Positions 1 to 8,112 of a stretch of 28,976 nucleotides of DNA are shown one piece after another. Origin of the DNA: Chthonomonadales bacterium (lineage in GTDB: Bacteria > Armatimonadota > Chthonomonadetes > Chthonomonadales > Chthonomonadaceae). A program made the position numbers and the translations under genes. The stretch is from contig JBBQPO010000043.1 in the NCBI GenBank assembly GCA_038217285.1, positions 1 through 28,976 of the forward strand, read 5' to 3'. Each line of letters starts with the position of its first letter. Within the stretch, counting starts at the first letter, position 1. The notes beneath the pieces were generated by a model. The model did not search any database. It was given only the letters and a program-made list of their open reading frames with translations, and had not been told where the DNA came from.

Positions 1-2
1 AC

Positions 3-830
3 GGCATCCTCGAAGCGGAACAGGTCACGCATGTCGTTAACTTCGCCGCCGAATCGCACAACGACCGCAGCATTCTCGATCCCGGCAGCTTCCTTCAGAC
101 CGACGTGTATGGTGTCTATGTGTTACTGGACGCCGCGCGCCGACATCGTCTGGAGCGCATCGTGCATATCTCCACGGACGAGGTTTATGGCACCATCGAC
201 ACTGGGCAGTTCACCGAACGCAGCCCGCTCGAACCCAACACTCCCTACTCCGCAAGCAAGGCGGGGGGCGAGCTTCAGTGCCGCGCCCATTGGACCACCT
301 ACTCGACGCCGGTCATTGTGACACGATGTTCCAATAACTTCGGACCGTTTCAGTATCCGGAAAAGCTCCTTCCTTTCTTCGTTTCTCGGCTGATCGATCA
401 TCGTCCGGTGCCGATATACGGAGCCGGTGAGCAGGTACGGGACTGGATCTATGTGGAGGACCACTGCTCGGGCATCGACTTTGCCCTGCACCACGGTGCG
501 CCGGGCGAAGTCTACAATATTGGCTCCGACGGAGAGCAGACGAATATAGCGATCACCCACCGTCTGCTGCAGTTGCTGGACCGACCGGCGTCCCTCATTC
601 GGCATATCCATGATCCACGCGGTGGGGCGCACGACCGACGCTATAGCGTCGATGCTTCGAAGCTCGGCGCGCTGGGCTGGCGACCGGAACACGGTTTTGA
701 CGCTGCATTGGCAGGCACGGTAAGATGGTACCAGGAGAACCAGGACTGGTGGCGCACTATCGTGGCGCGCTCCGACTACCAGGCGTTCCTCCAACGTTTC
801 TATGGCCCCTATCTCGGCGCGGAGCTATGA
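3..830 (+). CDS. rfbB: dTDP-glucose 4,6-dehydratase (5' truncated by window edge)
   Basis: Frame is open from position 3 (…VVNFAAESHNDRS…). Motifs HISTDEVYG, YSASK, RCSNNFGP.Q.PEK, RDWIYVEDH, HDRRY. Confidence 0.93.
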   Translation, partial: GILEAEQVTHVVNFAAESHNDRSILDPGSFLQTDVYGVYVLLDAARRHRLERIVHISTDEVYGTIDTGQFTERSPLEPNTPYSASKAGGELQCRAHWTTYSTPVIVTRCSNNFGPFQYPEKLLPFFVSRLIDHRPVPIYGAGEQVRDWIYVEDHCSGIDFALHHGAPGEVYNIGSDGEQTNIAITHRLLQLLDRPASLIRHIHDPRGGAHDRRYSVDASKLGALGWRPEHGFDAALAGTVRWYQENQDWWRTIVARSDYQAFLQRFYGPYLGAEL

Positions 831-845
831 GGGCAGGAGTCAACC

Positions 846-1334
846 ATGGGTGAATTTGTGCCCTCTTGGGACACACTTGCGAGAGAACTTGCCGACAGAC
901 GCGCGACAGGTGCGCGAATCGTCTCGACCAATGGGGTGTTCGATCTCCTTCATGTAGGCCACCTGCGGTACCTGCAGGCGGCCAGAAGGTGCGGAGATCT
1001 CCTGGTGGTGGGAGTCAACTCCGATGCCTGTACCCGCCTGCTGAAAGGCCCGTCCCGTCCGTTTGTACCGGAAGACGAGCGGGCAGAGCTTCTGGCCGCA
1101 TTGAACTGCGTGGACTACGTCACCCTTTTCGACGACCTGACGCCTGTGCGACTTCTGGAGAAAATTCGTCCTGATCTGCACGTCAAGGGCGGCGACTATC
1201 AGATAGATCTGATGCCCGAAACAGCCGTTGTACGACAGTATGGTGGCGACGTCATCACCGTCGATTTCGTTCCGGAGCGCTCCTCAACGGGGATAATAGA
1301 GCGGATAGCCGCGGCATACCGGGGTATGCCTTGA
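846..1334 (+). CDS. rfaE2: Stand-alone RfaE/HldE domain II cytidylyltransferase-family protein (D-glycero-beta-D-manno-heptose 1-phosphate adenylyltransferase-like)
   Basis: TNGVFDLLHVGH (HxGH), VGVNSD, LKGPSRP, VKGGDY, SST motifs. SD aggag upstream. Confidence 0.85.
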   Translation: MGEFVPSWDTLARELADRRATGARIVSTNGVFDLLHVGHLRYLQAARRCGDLLVVGVNSDACTRLLKGPSRPFVPEDERAELLAALNCVDYVTLFDDLTPVRLLEKIRPDLHVKGGDYQIDLMPETAVVRQYGGDVITVDFVPERSSTGIIERIAAAYRGMP

Positions 1335-2290
1335 AACCCGAACCACCGATCCCTCCCACCGGGGCTGCCGAGACGCCACCCCTCCGCCCGGAATCCACTG
1401 GCAGGCAAAACAGTGTCGTGGTGGCCCTCCTGAAGGCGGTGCGCCCCAGGCAGGCGACAAAGAACCTGTTCGTCTACACGGCCCTGGTCTTCGCGGGCCA
1501 ACTGTTTCTGCCGGGGCAGTTCCTGCGCGCCACGTTCGGGTTTCTCCTGTTCACCGCCGTTGCCGGCAGCATCTACCTCCTGAACGATCTGCTGGACGTG
1601 GAGCAGGACAGACTGCATCCCAAAAAGCGCCTGCGGCCGATAGCGTCGGGCAGCCTCCCAGCCCCGCTGGCATGGGTGGCGTTCGGCGTTTTGGGCCTCT
1701 GCGGAACCGCCGCCGGTTTCTTACTCTCCCTCTTCTTTGGCCTGACGCTCCTGGCCTATTTCGTCCTCCAGATCGCCTACTGCTTCCGGCTCAAGCATAT
1801 CGTCTTGCTCGATGTCTTCACTGTCGCCGCCGGATTCGTCTTGCGCACAGCCTCGGGCGGGTTCGCTATTCATGTCCATATCTCGCCCTGGCTGATGCTT
1901 TTCTCCCTGCAACTCGCTCTTTTTCTGGGATTCGGAAAACGGAGGCAGGAACTTGTGCTCCAGGGAGAGAATGCCGGGAAAACACGCGCCATCCTGAACG
2001 AGTATAGTCTGCCGTTTCTCGATCCGATGATCGTCATCGTAAGCGCGATAACGATCGTCTGCTACTCGGTCTATAGCGTCGACTCACCGACCGCTGTGCT
2101 GCACCCACACCTCTGGGTCACGGTGCCGTTTATCATCTATGGCGTCTGTCGCTACCTTTACCTGGTCTATCAGAAGGGATGGGGAGGCGCTCCGGACGAA
2201 GTGCTGCTGAAGGATCGGGAGCTGCTGATCTCGGTCCTGCTCTGGTTCGTTACTGTGCTTCTGGTGTTCAAATTCGACGGGACGCGTTGA
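1331..2290 (+). CDS. UbiA-family decaprenyl-phosphate phosphoribosyltransferase-like membrane protein
   Basis: RPRQATKN, YLLNDLLDVEQDRLHPKKRLRPIASG, LKHIVLLD, GKRRQE, multiple TM helices. TTG start overlaps the upstream stop; exact start uncertain. Confidence 0.85.
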   Translation: MKPEPPIPPTGAAETPPLRPESTGRQNSVVVALLKAVRPRQATKNLFVYTALVFAGQLFLPGQFLRATFGFLLFTAVAGSIYLLNDLLDVEQDRLHPKKRLRPIASGSLPAPLAWVAFGVLGLCGTAAGFLLSLFFGLTLLAYFVLQIAYCFRLKHIVLLDVFTVAAGFVLRTASGGFAIHVHISPWLMLFSLQLALFLGFGKRRQELVLQGENAGKTRAILNEYSLPFLDPMIVIVSAITIVCYSVYSVDSPTAVLHPHLWVTVPFIIYGVCRYLYLVYQKGWGGAPDEVLLKDRELLISVLLWFVTVLLVFKFDGTR

Positions 2291-2316
2291 TCGATTTTCG
2301 ATTCGGGAGGGTTGCA

Positions 2317-3204
2317 ATGAAGGTGCTGGTAACAGGCGCGAACGGGATGCTTGGGATCGATCTGTGCGCGGAGTTGGAGACAGCAGGCCATGTGGTCGTT
2401 CGCGCAGACGCCACGGTACGCGACGGGCTCACCGTTCCGGCCTGGGTACACGTCGATGTGACGCATACGCGAGAGATCGAGGAGTGCATTCTCTACCATC
2501 AACCGGATGCTGTCATTCACGCCGCCGCCTACACGGATGTCGACGCCTGCGAACGCAATCCCGACATGGCGCACCGGGTCAATGCTCTCGGCACGTGGAA
2601 CGTCGCAGCGGTATGCGGAGCGCACCGGATCACGCTCGCCTACATCAGCACGGACTTTGTGTTCGACGGCTCGAAGCAAGCGCCTTACACGGAGTTCGAC
2701 ACTCCCAATCCGCTCAGTCACTACGGGGCTTCGAAACTGGCCGGGGAGCGCTTCGTCGCCTCACTCTGCCATCGCCATTTCATCGTGCGCTCCTCGTGGA
2801 TGTTCGGCGTTCACGGCAAGAACTTTCCCGATACCATCCTGCGCAAAGCCGCTTCGCAGCGCGAAATCGGGGTGGTCTGCGACCAGTTCGGGAGTCCGAC
2901 CTACGCCCCGGATCTCTCCCGAGCGCTTATCTCCCTTCTCGAATCGCCGCTCTACGGAACCTACCATATCACGAACTCCGGGCACTGCTGTTGGTACGAG
3001 TTCGCCAAAAAAGCCGTAGAACTGGCCGGTATCAAAAATGTCGAGGTGAAGCCGATGCCCGCCGAGCTCTGGCCCTCCCCGACCAAACGTCCGGCATACT
3101 CCGTGCTTCGCCACTATGCACTGGAACTGCAGGGCAAAGACAATCTCCCGCCATGGTCCCAGGCCCTCGCCCATTTCATTGCCGCAGGAGGCTACGGGAA
3201 GTAG
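2317..3204 (+). CDS. rfbD: dTDP-4-dehydrorhamnose reductase
   Basis: VTGANGMLG, AAYTDVD, ISTDFVFDG, YGASKLAGE, DQFGSPT, RPAYSVL. Start reassigned to ATG 2317 after SD gggagg. Confidence 0.95.
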   Translation: MKVLVTGANGMLGIDLCAELETAGHVVVRADATVRDGLTVPAWVHVDVTHTREIEECILYHQPDAVIHAAAYTDVDACERNPDMAHRVNALGTWNVAAVCGAHRITLAYISTDFVFDGSKQAPYTEFDTPNPLSHYGASKLAGERFVASLCHRHFIVRSSWMFGVHGKNFPDTILRKAASQREIGVVCDQFGSPTYAPDLSRALISLLESPLYGTYHITNSGHCCWYEFAKKAVELAGIKNVEVKPMPAELWPSPTKRPAYSVLRHYALELQGKDNLPPWSQALAHFIAAGGYGK

Positions 3205-3392
3205 CGGTCGAAAAAGAAGGTGTCGTAAAGAAGCTTTCCGAGGGAGACGACAAAGGCGAAAGCGACGACCGCATTTTTGTAGTGCAGGACCTCCCCGGTG
3301 CCAGGGTCCGGGATGGCGATCAGAACGCCTGTAACGACGCTCAGGGTTCCCAGTCGCTTCACGAACCGTCCCAACTGTTTGCGGAGAGTCAC
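3192..3392 (-). CDS. Small two-TM membrane protein (66 aa), last gene of the ABC exporter cluster
   Basis: SD-like aggggat before GTG, 17 nt after the ATPase stop. Two hydrophobic segments, ends GKLLYDTFFFDRYFP. Confidence 0.6.
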   Translation of the reverse strand: MTLRKQLGRFVKRLGTLSVVTGVLIAIPDPGTGEVLHYKNAVVAFAFVVSLGKLLYDTFFFDRYFP

Positions 3393-3409
3393 GATCCCCT
3401 CGCTTTCCT

Positions 3410-4153
3410 TTACACCATGTCTTCGACAGGTGTTCCGAGATTTGCCAACATTTCGACGGCGTCTCGGGGCTTCTCGACCGCCTGATCCGAAATGACCCTG
3501 CCGTCCTTGAACCGGATAATTCGACTGGCGTGTTCCGCGATCTCCTGTTCATGGGTTACGATGACGACGGTCTTTCCGTTCCGGTTCAGCCCCTGAAAGA
3601 TCTCCATGATCTCTTCGCCGGTGCGGGTGTCGAGGTTGCCTGTTGGTTCATCGCCGAAGATGATGGGCGGATCGTTTACCAGGGCGCGGGCGATCGCCAC
3701 ACGCTGCTGCTGTCCGCCGGAGAGCTCATTCGGCTTATGGTCCAGCCGATCTCCGAGCCCGACTTTTTCCAGACAGAGTTTTGCGATCTGCTCACGGTTT
3801 TTGGCGTTACTGTAGAGCATAGGCAGTTCGACGTTGCGGATCGCGCTGGTACGCGCCAGCAGATTGAAGGTTTGAAAGACGAAACCGATTTTCCGGTTGC
3901 GAATCTCCGCGAGCTGATTGTCGGTGAGCCGTGCGACCTCGATGCCATCCAACTGGTAGGAACCCTTGGAAGGCTTGTCTAGGCAGCCGATAAGGTTCAT
4001 GAACGTCGATTTACCAGACCCCGAGGGCCCCATGATAGCGACGAACTCGCCGCGATTGATGGTTAGGGAGACGCCGCGCAAAGCCCGGACTTCCATCTTC
4101 CCCATCTTATAGATTTTATGTACGTCCGTCGTTACGATCATCGCTTCTGCCAT
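3410..4153 (-). CDS. MacB/LolD-family ABC transporter ATP-binding protein
   Basis: Walker [20 protein letters not shown], signature LSGGQQQR, Walker [10 protein letters not shown]-loop VTHE. Start reassigned to ATG 4153. Confidence 0.95.
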   Translation of the reverse strand: MAEAMIVTTDVHKIYKMGKMEVRALRGVSLTINRGEFVAIMGPSGSGKSTFMNLIGCLDKPSKGSYQLDGIEVARLTDNQLAEIRNRKIGFVFQTFNLLARTSAIRNVELPMLYSNAKNREQIAKLCLEKVGLGDRLDHKPNELSGGQQQRVAIARALVNDPPIIFGDEPTGNLDTRTGEEIMEIFQGLNRNGKTVVIVTHEQEIAEHASRIIRFKDGRVISDQAVEKPRDAVEMLANLGTPVEDMV

Positions 4154-4179
4154 ACCCCACCCTTTTTTCCATTCGAAAC

Positions 4180-4209
4180 CGGCTATGGTGGCGCCTGCCA
4201 CCATAGCCG
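4180..4209. other. Perfect 13-bp stem-loop inside the operon (terminator or mRNA-stabilising hairpin)
   Basis: cggctatggtggc-gcct-gccaccatagccg, followed by only a weak U tract on the minus strand. Confidence 0.6.
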
Positions 4210-4234
4210 AACGTTCATAATAGACGAACACAAC

Positions 4235-4838
4235 CTACTTGGATTTTGCCTGTAGTTCCGCCGTGAATTCGTCCATGCTCTTTTTGGCCGCTGGACGCAT
4301 CTGCTCGAACGGCAGCGTGTCCGGGTTCAGCGGATTGTATCCACCCTTGGGCGGATCCGGGAACTTGAACCCGCCGGCCCCCCCCCCCGCCGGGACGACC
4401 TCCGCCGCCGCCAGCCCCGCCGGGACGACCGCCGCCGCCACCACCGCCCTGTCGAGCCCAGGGCGCCTGAATCGTCGTCATTTTTTTGACCTGCTTGTCG
4501 GTCAGCATCCCGGTCACCGATTTCATCATACTTTTGGCCTGATCGTCGCTCATTTCGGGCTTAGTCCGCCAGGGCTTCATGATGCCCAGGAGCTTGCCCG
4601 ACTGCACCTTGTTCAGCTCGTACCCTTTTTCCTTGTCCATCTGCTCGACCTGATAGAAGAGCGTCTGAACATTGCTGATCCCTTTGTGCGCGTCCCTCCA
4701 CTTCCCCCAGGCCTTGATTTTCGCCGCGATTTCCGGCGGCATCCCCCCGCCCGGCCCCTGCGCTCTTACGCCTGGGACGCTGACTAGGCAACAAACGCTG
4801 GCTAGACCGAGCGTCGATATCGTAGTTTTCCAACTCAT
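4235..4838 (-). pseudogene. Secreted helical protein with Gly-rich linker, frameshifted in a G11 run (pseudogene, phase-variable gene or sequencing error)
   Basis: SD aaggag, signal peptide ending VRA|Q. N-terminal frame 4838→4389 joins the 4235..4444 frame (AGGFKFPDPPKGGYNPLNPDTLPFEQ…) if the run is G10 or G13. Confidence 0.7.
4381..4440 (-). repeat. Two imperfect 30-bp tandem units encoding GGGGRPGG
   Basis: ccccgccgggacgacc(t/g)ccgccgcc occurs at 4385 and 4415. Confidence 0.7.
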
Positions 4839-4933
4839 TTTGCAATACTCCTTCCGTAGTATGGGCTATACGTCTTGCTTAGAGCGATGCAGGTTGCCCG
4901 CGTCCCACACCCCTCGTTGTCTGCACCGCAGGC

Positions 4934-6145
4934 CTATTCGTAACGCAGAGCGTCGATAGGATTTAGTTTCGAGGCTTTCAAGGCGGGATAGTAGCCGAAA
5001 AAGATTCCGACCAGCGCCGAAAACCCGAAGGCAACCACCGTGGGAGCAACAGAGAGACTCGTCTCCCATTGAGGTTTGAGATACGGCAGTCCATAGAGCG
5101 TGAAGCAGACCCCGATCATAACCCCGATCACCCCTCCTGTCAGCGACAGAAAGAGGGCTTCCATCAGGAACTGCGTGAGAATGTCACGCCGCTTCGCCCC
5201 GATAGCCTTGCGCACTCCGATCTCGCGGGTGCGCTCCGTCACCGATACGAGCATGATATTCATGATCCCGATGCCGCCCACCACGAGCGCGACCGCCGCC
5301 AGACAGTTGATCAACTGTTCAAAGTCGGCCGCCTGTTCGTTACTGGTCTGTGACGCAGTCCCGGCGTTGAAGATAATGAAGTCGCTCGGCTTGCCCGAAC
5401 CGAGCTTATGCCGCTTTCGCAGCGCCTCCGTGGCCTCGTCCTGCGCCTTCTGCATCAGGGCTTCACTGCGCCCCTGCAGACTCATGCCGCCAATCACATT
5501 CTCCGACCCGAAGAGGCGGCGGAGCGCGGTATTGATCGGCACCAGGACACGATCGTCTTCGTTGATGAAGCCACCGCCGCCACGTTCTGCCACAACGCCC
5601 AGGATAGTGAAACTCTGCCCCTTGATATAGATACGATGACCGATGGCAGGGCCGCTGTCGAACAGGTCTTTGTACGCCTGCCATCCGAGAACGCAGACGA
5701 GCCGCTTGGCTTTCGTGTCCGCATCGGTAAAGAATCGCCCTTGCTTAAACTTGTAGTGCCGGATCACGGGGAAGTCCGCACCGCAGCCGTAGACCGTGGT
5801 GTTCGTGTTCCGGTTGCCGTTCTTCACCTGAAGAAAGTTTCCCTTTTCCGCCGAGACGCGCACAATGGACGGACAGTTGCGCAAAATCGCAGGCGCATCG
5901 TCCAGTTTAAGAGTCGAGACTGCCCCGAAGCTGATGCCGCCCTTGCTCTGCCGGCCGGGGAAGACCGAGAGAGTGGTGGTTCCCAGATTCTGGAACCGTC
6001 GAATCGCCGCGTCTTTGGAACCCTGACCGAGCGCGACGGCAACGATCACCGCCGCGACGCCGAAGATTACTCCCAGCATGGTCAGGAATGAGCGGAGTTT
6101 GTTAGAAGTCAGCCCTCGAAAGGCCGATGTCAGCCCGACAAACAT
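4934..6145 (-). CDS. MacB/FtsX-family ABC transporter permease
   Basis: NKLRSFLTMLGVIFG, periplasmic core domain, VGGIGIMNIMLVSVTERTREIGVRKAIGA, C-terminal PIDALRYE. Confidence 0.95.
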   Translation of the reverse strand: MFVGLTSAFRGLTSNKLRSFLTMLGVIFGVAAVIVAVALGQGSKDAAIRRFQNLGTTTLSVFPGRQSKGGISFGAVSTLKLDDAPAILRNCPSIVRVSAEKGNFLQVKNGNRNTNTTVYGCGADFPVIRHYKFKQGRFFTDADTKAKRLVCVLGWQAYKDLFDSGPAIGHRIYIKGQSFTILGVVAERGGGGFINEDDRVLVPINTALRRLFGSENVIGGMSLQGRSEALMQKAQDEATEALRKRHKLGSGKPSDFIIFNAGTASQTSNEQAADFEQLINCLAAVALVVGGIGIMNIMLVSVTERTREIGVRKAIGAKRRDILTQFLMEALFLSLTGGVIGVMIGVCFTLYGLPYLKPQWETSLSVAPTVVAFGFSALVGIFFGYYPALKASKLNPIDALRYE

Positions 6146-6178
6146 AGTAGCCTCCTTACACCCTTCCTTCGCAAGCGG

Positions 6179-7999
6179 TTACTTTCGGCCCGGTCCTGGC
6201 CCGCCGCCACGTCCTGGGCCGGCTGCGGCTGCAGGCGCCGCTGTGCTGGACTCGATGGTCTGGGTAACGATGGTGTCGCCCTCTTTCACGCCCGTCTTGA
6301 TCTCCGTCGAATCGTTGCCCTCCAGTCCAATCTCTACCGGTACTTTCGTCACCCGGACACCTACAAACAGAGTGGGATCCGCAGGCGAGTCTTTTTCCGG
6401 GGGTGCGGGGGTGCCGCCTGCCGCCGTTTCCACGTAGCGACTGCCATCCGTTTCCGATTTCAGCGCTTCGTTCGGCACACTCACGACGTCTTCCTTACGG
6501 TCGATGATAAACTCACAAGTGGAGTTCATACCCGGCTTAAGAAGGCGAAACTTCGTGTCTGTATTATCCACTTCGACGCGCACATGGACTGTCGTGACGT
6601 TCTGGTCGATGACGGCCTGAGGCTGCACCTTGATGACCTTGCCTTCGAATGGCACCGTCGGGTAGGCGTCAAAAGTGACATCTACCTTCTGGTCGGTATC
6701 GACGTTCGCCACATCGGTTTCATCTACCGTCACGTCCACGTACATGCGAGAGATATTCCCTAGCTGTACGATGCTGGTACCGGTCGAGTTGAAAGAGATA
6801 CCAGACGTGATCAGAGTGCCCTGTTCGACATACTTTTTGAGAATAATGCCGTCCGCAGGCGCCTTCACCTGGGTTTCGTTCAACTGGACACGGGCATTGA
6901 CGAGTTTGGCCATCGAGGAGGCCCCGGAGGCTTTCGCCTGCGCGATCTGCGTCTGACGAATCGCGTCGTTCAGTCGATCATCCTTCGCCTGACTGAGCTT
7001 AATTTCGGAGTTCTTCACGTCCGCCAACGACTGCTGCCACTGCGCGAACGCGACGGCGGCATCCTGCTCTCGAAGCGGCACCTGGACCCGGTTGGCCTGG
7101 GAGCTCCTCAACGCCGCCCGGAACTGAGCGACCCGCGCCTGTTCGGATTTCAGGTCGGCGTCTATCTCCGCATCCATCGTTTCGGTCTTCGTGCGCGCAC
7201 TGTTGACCTGGGAGACGGAGACGTCGTAGTTGGCCTGTGCCTGATCCACCTGCGCCTGCGCGACGAAGCCCTTCCCCAGGAGTGTCTTCTGCCGGGTGAG
7301 TTGAGCCTCGGCGTTGGCAGAAGTCGCCTGCGCCTGTTTGAGGGCCGCCGCCGCATTGGCGCGGTCCTGCGGGTGGGTCGCCGTCTGCATCTGCTGCAGT
7401 TTCTGTACCTCCGCCTCATAGGTCGCCTGGGCCGTGTCTACCGCTGTCGAGGAAAGATCCTTCTGTGCGTTTGCCTGCGCCTTGGCCGCTTCATAGCGGG
7501 CACGGGCGGCACGCTCGGCCGCTCGAACGGACGTCAGGCTCGACTCCGCAGTCGAGATAGAGTGGATGCTCTGGCTCTTCTGTAGATTCAAGACCGCCTG
7601 CGTCTCCTGGACCCGCGCATGATTTGCCGAGATGTCCGCCTGTGCAGAATCGAACGTCTGGCGGGTATCTGTCTGATCGATCTGCACGATCAACTGGCCC
7701 TTTTTGACCCGGCTGCCCTCTTCCAACGGAACATGTCGTTTCTTCGGGTCGTCGTTGTTCAGGTCAGGACCGTAGTCCAGAACGCGACCGCCGGCCCGAC
7801 TTTTGATGTCTACAACCGTCCACGGAGTCAGCGTTCCGGTGGCTGAAACTGTCTTCTTCACCAGTCCGGTCGCAACCTTGGCGGTTCGATACTGGCTCTG
7901 CCCTGAGGAAGCCGTGGATTTCAGGCTTTTGGAGATCATCAGCCCTCCGGCCACGAGGACAGCGATTACGATAACGGAGATAAAAACACGTTTTATCAT
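6179..7999 (-). CDS. MacA/HlyD-family periplasmic adaptor with very long coiled coil (606 aa)
   Basis: N-terminal TM, lipoyl halves (VDIKSRAGGRV…; VKAPADGII), VDETDV, LKPGM, GLEG. SD aggaa before ATG 7999. Confidence 0.92.
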   Translation of the reverse strand: MIKRVFISVIVIAVLVAGGLMISKSLKSTASSGQSQYRTAKVATGLVKKTVSATGTLTPWTVVDIKSRAGGRVLDYGPDLNNDDPKKRHVPLEEGSRVKKGQLIVQIDQTDTRQTFDSAQADISANHARVQETQAVLNLQKSQSIHSISTAESSLTSVRAAERAARARYEAAKAQANAQKDLSSTAVDTAQATYEAEVQKLQQMQTATHPQDRANAAAALKQAQATSANAEAQLTRQKTLLGKGFVAQAQVDQAQANYDVSVSQVNSARTKTETMDAEIDADLKSEQARVAQFRAALRSSQANRVQVPLREQDAAVAFAQWQQSLADVKNSEIKLSQAKDDRLNDAIRQTQIAQAKASGASSMAKLVNARVQLNETQVKAPADGIILKKYVEQGTLITSGISFNSTGTSIVQLGNISRMYVDVTVDETDVANVDTDQKVDVTFDAYPTVPFEGKVIKVQPQAVIDQNVTTVHVRVEVDNTDTKFRLLKPGMNSTCEFIIDRKEDVVSVPNEALKSETDGSRYVETAAGGTPAPPEKDSPADPTLFVGVRVTKVPVEIGLEGNDSTEIKTGVKEGDTIVTQTIESSTAAPAAAAGPGRGGGPGPGRK

Positions 8000-8112
8000 C
8001 GCGAATTCCTTCCGCCCGCCGATGCGGGACACGGCTTTCAGCCGAGCGACACCACAAAGTGAGGTGCGGGCAGGCGTCCGCTCACCGAAGGGAGGGCCTG
8101 CCCATGAGTCTG

